DNA from: Octopus sinensis
Lineage: Eukaryota
Length of the DNA stretch: 64,000 bases
Reading direction: 5' to 3'
Assembly: GCF_006345805.1 (NCBI RefSeq)
Contig: NC_043006.1
Location: forward strand, 60,326,001-60,390,000
A program made the translations under genes and the position numbers. Below the pieces are notes generated by a model, which was not told the origin of the DNA, made no database searches, and was given only the letters and a program-made list of their open reading frames with translations. Below are positions 1 through 11,272 of the stretch, piece after piece. Position 1 is the first letter of the stretch. Each line of letters begins with the position of its first letter.

Positions 1-822
1 TAGAAAAGGTGAACGGTAGCCTATGAATACAAAAGAAGTTTTTTTCATTAATGTTGTTAATAATTTGCCGACCCGCTTTAATAATGAAGAATATTTCATT
101 AATACATAGAGAGCATTTTTTATTTTTTCCATTATACACAGGTGCTGAAGTTAGTATTTTCCAGTTTAATCTAAAATCCAAGTTCTTATTTTTAAGTTCC
201 CAAATGTATGCACTTAGCCCTGTAGAGTACATTCTATTTTTATTCCTAAAGGTATATCTGTGATAATTCCATCTTTGTTTTATGCTATTCATAGTTGCCC
301 CGATATACACCCTACTACTCAATTGTGTATCTACAGTGCATTGGTAAACAACCTCCTTCCTGAGGCATTGATTACCAAATACACATTTATTTTTATTTCT
401 GCAATTACAAAGGTTAACAGAATGAGGAAATCTAAAATTGGACAACACCCCTATACTACTATTCACATTATAAGTGTTACAATTGTTATCATCATCCAAA
501 CCCAAAATCAACGAATGAGTTAAATTCACATTATCGGCTATATTCTTATCACTAGTACTAGTATTGGTAGTAGTAGTATGATCTATTTCATTTATATTAT
601 CTCTGACAGGTATGGTGCACTCATTATTAGTAAGGAAGTTGTTCCCAATTGTTCCAAGAAAGTTTCTATTCCTATTATTAATAAAGAGGGGCAAGTTTTC
701 CTGGTCCAAATTCAATTTTCTATCCTTATAGAAGTGATCCAGTTTCTTGTTATTAAAAGAGGAGATAATTGTGGCTAGATTATGAGTAATGCTATATCCC
801 ACTCTAACAGTACCGTTGTTAA
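1..822 (-). mobile_element. Penelope-like retroelement, 5'-truncated and degenerate (RT thumb end, low-complexity linker, GIY-YIG endonuclease); continues off the window
   Basis: Manual minus-strand translation gives NNGTVRVGYSITHNLATIISSFNNKK, then CNCRNKNKCVFGNQCLRKEVVYQC, then after a frameshift VYIGATMNSIKQRWNYHRYTF...TGLSAYIWELK...NWKILTSAPVY...CSLCINE...FCIH. Starts next to (TA)n. Confidence 0.85.
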
Positions 823-920
823 TTATCTATATATATATATATATAGATGGAGATGCAGACGAGTTATTGCAACTTTATACTCTGCGCGTACTGAGTTCTT
901 TATCTCCTAGAATTTAGCCA

Positions 921-1116
<196 letters not shown>

Positions 1117-1409
1117 TATGTATAGTTATGCGTGTTTTATTAGCCTGTATGTGTGTGCGTCAACATAACAATAAAGTTCTCATCATCACGATATCTGAAA
1201 ACTGGTTTTCGGATACATACTGCAATGTATCTGTATATTTCGGGCTGTACATTCCAACCATTTCTAAAGAATAATGTCGCTCGATATTATTCTTTGAGAA
1301 TTTATAGATATATCATAATCACATACTTACGCTAGAATATATAACATGTTCTTCTTTCAGGAACATTGTAGTTGTTGATTGAAATAATTATTGTTTCTCT
1401 TCTTTACAG

Positions 1410-4094
1410 ACGAATGTACATATAATGGAAAAAAGTATACAGGAGTATTTAAGATCGACTGCAACACGTGTGTATGTGACACAAATAACAAAGCAATTTG
1501 TTCAAATTTACGTTGTGGTTATGGGAAGGGGCCTTCATGTACATATCAAGGCAGACGTTACAGAGTAGGACAGACATTCCAGCAGTCTTGTAATACATGT
1601 AAATGCAACTATGATGGCCAGATAAAATGTGACAACAAAGACTGTCCTAAACGATGTACTTATAAAGAAAAGCTGTACCAAGAAGGTGAAGAATTCACTG
1701 ACAACTGTGATAAATGTAAGTCATTGCACTTGTCAAACTACAGGAATAGTGCAGTGTAACAGTGATAGATGTGGATGTCCTTATAAAAATGTACAATATC
1801 AAATCGGCCAAACCTTCACTGATGATTGCAATACTTGCGAATGTTTGAACAATGGTCAGGTTAAATGTACTAGCAAAATTTGTAAGTGTTACTTCAGAGG
1901 AAGAGTATTAAGTGTGGGCCAGAAATTTGAAGGGGATTGTAACATTTGCTATTGTAGAGACAACGGTCAGTTAGAATGTACAAAGAAAATTTGTCAATGT
2001 ACTTATCAAGGACAGACATACCGAGTTGGACAAACATTCAGTAATGATTGTAACCAATGTGAATGTTTAAGAAGCGGTATTGTGCAGTGCTCTAACAAAC
2101 CATGTAAGTGTATATACAATGGAAACACCTACGAAATAGGGACTACATTTAAAAAGGACTGTAATACGTGCACATGCAAAGCCGATGGGACAGTAGACTG
2201 CACAACAAACCCATGTACCTGTACTTATAAAAATAATGTTTATGATTTCGGAGCAGAGTTCAAGGATGGTTGCAATACTTGCAAATGTAAAAATAACGGA
2301 CAAGTTGATTGTACAAACACACCCTGCTGCCGTACTCATAAAGGACAAAATTATGAAATTGGCAATAAATTTTCGGACGATTGCAATGAATGCGAATGTT
2401 TAGCAACTGGATATGTCCGATGTTCAACCAACGTTTGTCGATGTAATTACAACAACCAGATATATAATGTAGGTCAAACATTTACACAGGGCTGTAATAC
2501 ATGCAAGTGTGAAACGAATGGTAGAGTACGCTGTACAAATAAGCCGTGTTACTGTGTTTACAATAGAATCAAGTACAACATAGGTAATACATTTAGAAAG
2601 GACTGTAATACGTGCACATGCAAAGCCGATGGGACAGTAGACTGCACAACAAACCCATGTACCTGTACTTATAAAAATAATGTTTATGATTTCGGAGCAG
2701 AGTTCAAGGATGGTTGCAATACTTGCAAATGTAAAAATAACGGACAAGTTGATTGTACAAACACACCCTGCTGCCGTACTCATAAAGGACAAAATTATGA
2801 AATTGGCAATAAATTTTCGGACGATTGCAATCAATGCGAATGTTTAGCAACTGGATATGTCCGATGTTCAACCAATGTTTGTGAATGTAAGTACAACAAC
2901 CAGATATATAAAGTAGGAGAAACATTTACACAGGGCTGTAATACATGCACTTGCAAAGCCGATGGGACAGTAGACTGCACAACAAACCCATGTACCTGTA
3001 CTTATAAATATAATGTTTATGATTTCGGAGCAGAGTTCAAGGATGGTTGCAATACTTGCAAATGTAAAAATAACGGACAAGTTGATTGTACAAACACACC
3101 CTGCTGCCGTACTCATAAAGGACAAAATTATGGAATTGGTAATAGATTTTTGGACGGTTGCAATCAATGCGAATGTTTAGGAAATGGACATGTCCGATGT
3201 TCAACCTATGTTTGTGAATGTAAGTACAACAACCAGATATATAAAGTAGGTCAGACATTTAGAAAGGACTGTAATACGTGCACATGCAAAACCGATGGGA
3301 CAGTAGACTGCACAATAAACCCATGTACCTCTACTTATAAATATAGTGTTTATGATTTCGGAGCAGAGTTCAAGGATGATTGTAATACTTGCAAATGTAA
3401 AAATAACGGACAAGTTGATTGTACAAACAAACCCTGCCGCTGTACTCATAAAGGACAAACTTATGGAATTGGTAATAGATTTTCGGATGGTTGCAATCAA
3501 TGCGAATGTTTAGCAACTGGATATGTCCGATGTTCAACCAATGTAGGTCAGACATTTAGAAAGGACTGTAATACGTGCACATGCAAAACCGATGGGACAG
3601 TAGACTGCACAACAAACCCATGTACCTGTACTTATAAAAATAAGGTTTATAATTTCGGAAATCAATTCAAAGATGGCTGCAATACTTGTACTTGTCAATA
3701 TAATGGTGAGGTTAGCTGCACTGAATTACCTTGTCCCTGTAATTACAACGGTAAAATTTATGAAATTAGTTCTGTATGGTATAATGATTGCAACAAATGT
3801 CAGTGCAACTCCGATGGGAAAGTCGATTGTGAGCAAAAACCATGCAGTAAGTCCTGTATACATAAAGGAAAAACTTATTCTGTCGGTGAAACATTTAAAG
3901 ATGCCTGCAATACTTGTAGATGTGGACAGTTTGGTCAAATAAGCTGTACTAAAATGTACTGCCCCCCGACAAAATGCCAGTATTATGGAAAATCTTACAA
4001 AGATGGAGAAATGTTCATGAGTCAAGATAAGTGCAATGTTTGTCGATGTTCGATTGGGAAGGTCAAGTGTACCAAGTATGACTGCTATCGTCTG
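1410..4094 (+). CDS. Large exon encoding ~24 tandem 6-Cys modules (pacifastin light-chain / short VWC, kielin-chordin-like), with a frame disruption at ~1716-1725
   Basis: Acceptor ttctttacAG at 1408-1409 (phase 1) and donor GTGAGT at 4095 (phase 0). ORFs 1391-1759 and 1629-4115 both encode C-x-Y-x4-Y-x2-G-x2-F-x3-C-N-x-C-x-C-x3-G-x-V-x-C-T-x3-C repeats of ~37 aa (111 bp). No upstream signal-peptide exon could be identified. Confidence 0.85.
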
Positions 4095-4195
4095 GTGAGT
4101 AAAGTGTTTTATTAGTGTTTTACTGTCCCTAACGTAACTAATTTAATCCATCCTTTACCCTTTGCAACCCCTATTTTATTTCTCATATTAAACAG

Positions 4196-4228
4196 AAAAT
4201 AATCACCCAGCAATTAGATGATATTTAG
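4196..4228 (+). CDS. Candidate terminal exon A (KIITQQLDDI*)
   Basis: Pyrimidine tract plus aacAG at 4194-4195 would give a 101-bp intron from the 4095 donor; phase 0 reading ends at TAG. Confidence 0.35.
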   Translation, partial: KIITQQLDDI

Positions 4229-4686
4229 CATACAAACTGTTCTCTTCTAAGTTTTTTCATATACATGCATACATTCAATAATATATATGGAAGAAATGGT
4301 TGACTTACAATTTTCAATTTAATGTTATTGACACTTATGTAAAATTTGCACGACATTGCTCTTAATGTTAGAAATATTTATGTTTATTTAAGAAATATTT
4401 ATTTTTCAACTGTTTAAATAGTGATACAGACTCTTTGGAGATACATTTGTGAATTATTCTATATACAGGATATTTCAGGATATAGCTTATGAGAGTGTGA
4501 ATTGGGCTTTAAAATCTGGGCTCTGATGAATTTTTAATACTTTGTATAATCATGTGATATTTAATCTAATGTATAATTGTTCAAATTTAAATTTTGTATT
4601 GTACTTAGTCATACTAAATTTGAAATACAATGTGTATATCCAGTCCGAAAAATATATTAAATTCTTGCAAATTTATTTTATTGCAG

Positions 4687-4771
4687 AAACAACAGTACGG
4701 ATGAAGAACTATTAATTTATTTTGATAATTTCAATAATTGTGATACCTGAAATATAATTTTTTAAAATAAA
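4687..4771 (+). CDS. Candidate terminal exon B (KQQYG*) with 3' UTR and AATAAA
   Basis: ttttattgcAG at 4685-4686; phase 0 reading AAA CAA CAG TAC GGA TGA (4687-4704); AATAAA at 4766-4771. Confidence 0.45.
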
Positions 4772-4992
4772 ACATATATCTACCACAATTTCGTTGTTTA
4801 ATCTATAAATTTAATTTTTTTCATTAGAATGATAGTCAACCGAGTTATCCATTTAACTTTTAGGCTGAGTTATTTCTTATTTGCATTTTAGTATTTCTAA
4901 TCTATTTCCAATATAAACAAAATTTCAACTCAGCCGCGAAAATGCAAACGTAAAAGATTTGATATAATTATATAAAAAATAAATAAATGCGC

Positions 4993-5213
4993 CCTCTTAA
5001 AGCCTAGCCAGGCTCATGGGCCCGGTTTCCCGGTTTCTATGGCATATGTGTTCCCCAGCTATACGGGACGCCAGCCCATCGCAGCGTTACTCATTTTTGC
5101 CAGCTGAGTGGACTGGAGCAATGTGAAATGAAGAACACAACGAGTCGTCCGGTCCAGGAATCGAAACCACAACCTTACGATCATGATGCTGACACCCTAA
5201 CCACTGAGCTGCG
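4993..5213 (-). mobile_element. tRNA-derived SINE, family C
   Basis: Homologous to copies at ~26824-27068, 40461-40676, 49493-49730 and 63831-63960; head has A-box/B-box-like motifs (GGCTTAGTGG / GTTTCGATTCC). Confidence 0.8.
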
Positions 5214-5598
5214 GGAGAAAAACTTTCTTAAACTTTCATGCCGGTCAACGACCCTGCATTGATGAACATCTCTTCCAAAGGGAATATTTGTAGACAACTG
5301 CTTCAAAACCTGTAGCGTCTTTAGACTGATTATAAATTTATATTTATACCAATAATTCTTGGTGAATTATGGTAATGTTTAATTTTTAAAAAATTCTTTT
5401 ACTTGTTTCAGTCATTTGACTATGGCCATGCTAGAACACTGACATAAAGGGTTTTAGTCGAAGAAATCTATCCCAGAACTTATTCTTTGTAAGCCTAGTA
5501 CTTATTCTATCGGCAATAGAAATTGCCGAACCGCTAAGTTACGGGGACATAAATGCACTAGCATCGGTTGTCAAGCGATGGCAAGGGGGGATGCAGAG

Positions 5599-5665
<67 letters not shown>

Positions 5666-5666
<1 letters not shown>

Positions 5667-6862
5667 CTATAAAGCTGAAGTTGTGTGTGTGGAAGGTTTG
5701 GTAGCCTTCAACTAACACTATCTCCTCCGAGACCCTGCGGCGCAAGTTGACCAAAATTGAGAGTATGATAGATGAAGGCTTGCTCTTCATTCCGTAGATG
5801 AAAAAATTAAAATCGGACCATGTTAAGACCAAAAATTATTTACATCAAAAAGCAGTGCAGTTTGAAACTTGAGCTTCAACACAGTGCAAGGGAGATAACT
5901 AATGTTAATACTTTGTCTACAAAATCCTTTCCGGTTCTGGAAAGAGAGAGGACGTTTTAATAACTAAGATTACACTTACGACATCAGGATCTGATGCACC
6001 CTACTGTTTCAGAAGGACACAGTTTCCCCTACGTGTTGTATTTGCCATGTCCATAAACAAACCACAGGGTCAGACATTATCCGTGGCAGGGCTTCACTTG
6101 CAGGAGCCATGTTTCTCACATGGACAATTATACGTTGGATGTTCCCGAGTCGGTAGTCAGAACAACCTATTTGCTTTGGCTCCATCTGGAAGAAGAAAGA
6201 ACGTTGTCTATCGGGAAGTGCTGTAACCATATTTCATCAGCGACTATACTATGCATTGCCTTATATTAACTGTATATCTGAATGAACCTATATCTATAAA
6301 GCTGAAGCTGTGTGTGTGTGTGTGGCAGGTTTGGTAGCCTTCAACTAACACTATCTCCTCCGAGCCCCTGCGAGGCAAGTTGACCAAAACTGAGAGTATG
6401 ATAGAAGGCTTGCTCTTCATTCCGTAGAACAAAAAATTCAAATCGAACCATGTTAAGACCAAAAATTATTTACATCACAAAGGTGCTTTTTTTTTCTATG
6501 AAAAGCCCTATGTTCTACGATTTTTTTACTGCTGTGTACTTTTTCTTAATGAATACTGTTGCAGTGTTAACTTCTTAATAGATTTTCTGTGCAGTTCGAA
6601 ACTTGAGGTTCATTTTGCTTTAAATCTACGGGTAAATTGTTTTCTCCATAATGTTAATAGTAGGAATATTAGCTAACAGCACCAACAATTGAAGTCGGCA
6701 TTACACATTTGCAGCACATTCAGGGCAAACTCAAGGATCGCCACTCTATACTTTTAATCATAGATTGAAACTATGGCAAAACTTTGTTAACGCGACATCA
6801 AAGTCTACTGTTTTAAGCGCAACTAAAAAACAAACCCAAGCAACGCCGGGCTATACTGCTAG
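5666..6862 (+). mobile_element. Composite Helitron: duplicated 5' terminus, PIF1-helicase C-terminal fragment, 3' hairpin and CTAG
   Basis: 5' TCTATAAAGCTGAAG at 5666 and again at 6293 (~190-200 bp direct repeats); CCCAAGCAACGCCGGG at 6835-6850; CTAG at 6859-6862. Confidence 0.8.
5921..6226 (+). pseudogene. Helitron RepHel PIF1-type helicase C-terminus (not in the ORF track)
   Basis: Translates KILSGSGKREDVLITKITL...FRRTQFPLRVVFAMSINKPQGQTLSVAGLHLQEPCFSHGQLYVGCSRVG...NVVYREVL*, matching the Helitron helicase motifs QFP...AMTINKSQGQT and HGQLYVAxSRV. Confidence 0.9.
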
Positions 6863-6871
6863 CACACACAC

Positions 6872-7019
<148 letters not shown>

Positions 7020-7391
7020 CGGGATCCTTTCAATTTCCGTCTACGAAATTACCAAATCCATTTACAAGGCTTTGGTCAGCCCGAGGCTATAGTAGATGAC
7101 AGTTGTCCAAGGTGCTTCGCAGTGGGACTGAACCCGGAACCATGTGGTTGAGAAGCAAGCTTCTTATCGTTAACAAATGCTAACAATCTCAAAAGTGAGG
7201 ACTTCAGGCAAAGGAAGTCATCAACAAATAGGTTGTTTGCAAATAAATTTTACAACTGCAGTGTTCAACTTGTACTTATTTTATCGACGCCGAAAGGATG
7301 AAAGGCAAGGTCGATCCCTGCGAAATTTGAACCCAGAACGTAAAGACGGATCAAATGTCGATAATCATTTTACCCTGCGTGCTAAATTTTC

Positions 7392-8727
7392 TTATTTCTT
7401 TATTGTCCACAAGGGGCTAAACATAGTGGGGACAAACAAGGACAGACAAAGAGATTAAGGTGATTACATCGACCCCAGTGCGTAACTGGTACTTAGTTTA
7501 TCGACCCCGAAAGAATGAAAGGCAAAGTCGACCTCAGTGGAATTTGAACTCAGAACGTAGCGGCAGACGAAATACTTATTTCTTTACTGCCCACAAGGGG
7601 TTAAACACAGAGGGGACAAACAAGGACAAACAAAGGGATTAAGTCGGTTACATCGACCTCAGTGCGTAACTGGTACTGATTTAATCGACCCCGTAAGAAT
7701 GAAAGGCAAAGTCGACCTCAGCGGAATTTGAACTCAGAACGTAGCGACAGACGAAATACTTATTTCTTTACTGCCTACAAGGGGTTAAACACAGAGGGGA
7801 CAAACAAGGACAAACAAGGGGATTAAGTCGTTTACATCGACCTCAGTGCGTAACTGGTACTTATTTAATCGACCCCGAAAGGATGAAAGGCAAAGTCGAC
7901 CTCAGCGGAATTTGAACTCAGAACGTAGCGGCGGACGAAATGCCTATTTCTTTACTGCCCACAAGGGGTTAAACACAGAGGGGACAAACAAGGACAAACA
8001 AGGACAAACAAAGGGATTAAGTCGTTTACATCGACCCTAGTGCGTAACAGGCACTTAGTTATTCGACCCCGAAAGGATGAAAGGCAAAGTCGACCTCAGC
8101 GGAATTTGAACTCAGAACGTAGCGGCAGACGAAATACCTATTTCTTTACTGCCCACAAGGGGTTAAACACAGAGGGGACAAACAAGGACAAACAAAGGGA
8201 TTAAGTCGTTTACATCGACCCCAGTGCGTAACAGGCACTTAATTTATCGACCCCGAAAGGATGAAAAGCAAAGTCGACTTCAGCGGAATTTGAACTCAGA
8301 ACGTAACGGCATACGAAATACTTATTTCTTTACTGCCCACAAGGGGTCAAACACAGAGGGGACAAACAAAGGGATTAAGTCGTTTACATCGACCCCAGTG
8401 CGTAACAGGCACTTAATTTATCGACTCCGAAAGGATGAAAGGCAAAGTCGACCTCAGCGGAATTTGAACTCAGAACGTAGCGGCAGACGAAATACCTATT
8501 TCTTTACTTCCCACAAGGGTTTAAACACAGAGGGGACAAACAAGGACAAACAAAGGGATTAAGTCGTTTACATCGACCCCAGTGCGTAACAGGCACTTAA
8601 TTTATCGACCCCGAAAGGATGAAAGGCAAAGTTTACCTCGGCGGAATTTGAACTCAGAACGTAACTGCAAATGAAATACGGCTACGCCTTTCGCCCGGCG
8701 TGCTAACGTTTCTGCCAGCTCGCCGTC
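7392..8727 (-). repeat. Head-to-tail array of 7 SINE family A units (174-194 bp) with a single tRNA-like head
   Basis: Unit starts at ~7392, 7576, 7760, 7944, 8138, 8322 and 8496; only the last unit continues into the A-box head (to ~8727). Confidence 0.9.
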
Positions 8728-8976
8728 TTAGTGTGTCGAAATATGAATATCGAAAAAAGAAGGGGTTAAACTAATATACCCTTTGTAATTTTCATAAAGT
8801 ACACATATCAAAATATACTAGTTCGTAGTTCCGTATGAAGCTATTTTCTGGGGTGACAAATAAGTAAATTTTATTTTAAAGCAAATGGTTCGTTGGGAGA
8901 CATTTCGACAATAGTCATAACATTTACGATACATATCCGGGAGCAAACCCAGACCTGCATACTATTCTCTCTCTCT

Positions 8977-9024
<48 letters not shown>

Positions 9025-9184
9025 TATTTATACGTGTACTTGCCTATATATTGTTTCGATTTGAGATCGTGTGCTGAAACTGCCCATTAGGAAATACACA
9101 AAGAAAGTTAACTTCAATCAAAATTTTAATTTTAAGAACTTTTCGCGGACTGCTACCTTGTTCTAAGGAATAGACACGATGTTT

Positions 9185-9370
9185 ACGCCAGGGAAAATGG
9201 TTGGCGACATTTCGTCTTCATGTTCTGAGTTCAAATTCCACCGATGTCCACTTCGCCTTTCATCCTTTCGGGGTCGATAAAATAAGTACCCGTTGAGTAC
9301 TGAGTTCGATGTTATCGACTTAACCCCTTCTCCGAAATTGTTGGCCTTGTGCCAACATTTGAAACTAATA
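9185..9370 (+). mobile_element. SINE family A relative, diverged
   Basis: gagttcaaattcc B-box and gtcgactttgcctttcatcctttcggggtcg-like core; similar copies at ~30125-30330, 42431-42630 and 44662-44875. Confidence 0.7.
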
Positions 9371-9509
9371 TTTTTAGAGAATTTGAGCAAAATCAATAAA
9401 CTGGTAAATATCGCACTAATTCCAATGTTCAACAATGAATTGCTAGGTTACCTATTGTCGTTCTTCCCAAATTTGTTTAAATTTCGATACTTTCACCCTC
9501 ACGAGTTTC

Positions 9510-10010
9510 ACTAAGAAAAGAAAAATCGGATTATTCGCATGGAATTAAGTGAAATCGGAAAAAAGGGGTGGGGAAAACTGGACCCCATCCATTCCGGAAT
9601 CATTGGAATATTTTATATTTTCGTTGAATGAATTACAGTGACCTAATATGCCACAAAATGCTTTTTTGGTCCGGAAAACGGGGTGGAACCCTTGGAAATT
9701 TCACCTCCCCGTTCTCATTGGGAAGTACACCCGCACGATTTTCACTAAGAAAAAAAGAAATTCGAATTTTTTTCATGGAATCAAGTACTCTGACCTCCTA
9801 ATATGCAGAAAACCCCATGATTTTTTTCGGAAAAAAGATGGGGAGAAAAAGCCGGATCCTCCATCTTGGAATCATTGGATGTTCTTCTTTCGTTGAATGA
9901 ATTACGGTGACCTCCTAATATGCCACAAAACCCTTTTTTTGTCCGGAAAACAGAGGGTGGGGCGTGGAACACACGGAAATTTTACCCCACCACTCTCAAC
10001 ATTTTACAAA
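9510..10010. repeat. Imperfect tandem duplication (~2 units of 230-270 bp) with internal sub-repeats
   Basis: ggaatcattgga...ttcgttgaatgaattac(a/g)gtgacct...aatatgccacaaaa...gtccggaaaac occurs twice; tgacct(cct)aatatgc occurs three times. Confidence 0.65.
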
Positions 10011-10415
10011 AATACGTTTTCCAGAGGGCGGATTACTTGGTTCGTTATTCAATAAATAGAGAATGTGGATTAATATGTTCACATGTATATTGTGTGTATT
10101 TTATGCTGAAAATATTTTTTGTGAAGTCGTAATGAATGCATATATATATGTATATATGGCGTGTGTGTCTGTATAAGTAGACAGGTAAAAATTTACCTAC
10201 AAAGTACTACTTACTTCTTTGCTGTCAAATCATTAATTAATCCCAACAAAATACACACTTTTTCTCCACTAAATATTTTCAGTTTTATACCAGTGTTTTA
10301 GAAAAATAAAATAAAAATCTTTCGCGCGCAAACACACTTCGGTTTCATTTTTGTGTGAGAGGGAGAGAGAGGGAATAAATGTTTTCTCTTTTCAAAAAAG
10401 TAATTTAAAATAAAT

Positions 10416-10581
10416 AGGCGTAGGAGTGACTGTGTGGTAAGTAGCTTGCTTACCAACCAAACAGTTCCAGGTTCAGTTCCACTGCGTGTCATCTTGGGCA
10501 AGTGTCTTCTACACTCGCCTCGGGCCGACCAGAGCCTTGTGAGTGGATTTGGCACACGGAAACTGAAAGAAGCCCGTCGTA

Positions 10582-10637
<56 letters not shown>

Positions 10638-10674
10638 CATATATATATATGTATATATATATGTATATACATAC

Positions 10675-10719
<45 letters not shown>

Positions 10720-10724
10720 TGTAT

Positions 10725-10783
<59 letters not shown>

Positions 10784-11013
10784 GTGTGTGTGTGCGTGTA
10801 TGTTTGTGTGGCTGTGTTTGTTTGTCCCCCCAACATCGCTTGATAACCGATGCTGCTGTGTTTACATCCCCGTAACTTAGCGGTTCGGCAAAAGAGATCG
10901 ATAGAATAAGTATTAGGCTTACAAAGATTAAGTCCTGGGGTCGATTTGCTCGACTAAAGGCGGTGCTCCTGCATAGCCACAGTTAAATGATTGAAACAAG
11001 TAAAAGAGTAAAA
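10416..11013 (+). mobile_element. Full-length CORE-like tRNA SINE (family B) with internal (TA)/(TG) tract
   Basis: Head aggcgtaggagtgactgtgtggtaag...ggttcagttcc; cttgggcaagtgtcttct core; tail gaaacaagtaaaagagtaaaa. Confidence 0.85.
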
Positions 11014-11040
11014 TGAGATGGTTAAATAGAGGGAAATATT

Positions 11041-11272
11041 TATTTCTTTACTACCCACAAGGGGCTAAACACAGAGAGGACAAACAAGGACAGACAAACA
11101 GATGAAGTTGATTACATCGAACCCAGTGCGTAACTGGTACTTATTTAATCGCCCCGAACGGATGAAAGGCAAAGTCGACCTCGGCGGAATTTGAACTCCG
11201 AACGTAACGGCAGACGAAATACGGCTACGCATTTCGCCCCGGCGTGCTAACGTTTCTGCCAGCTCGTCACCT
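11041..11272 (-). mobile_element. Monomeric SINE family A with 19-bp target-site duplication
   Basis: TTAAATAGAGGGAAATATT at 11022-11040 and 11273-11291. Confidence 0.9.

Noticed and set aside
1716-1743. 28-nt micro-intron giving an in-frame TGA (selenocysteine idea)
   Set aside because: The intron is implausibly short, it deletes conserved module residues, and no SECIS was identified.
2067-4025. Repeated antisense ORFs (MSFMSTAAG..., MFDLHY...)
   Set aside because: They are shadows of the Cys-module array and repeat with its period.
4523-4529. CTGATGA as a hammerhead core
   Set aside because: No downstream GAAA with compatible stems.
7392-8727. CRISPR-like array
   Set aside because: Units are wholly repeated SINE bodies with no unique spacers, in a eukaryotic context with no cas genes.
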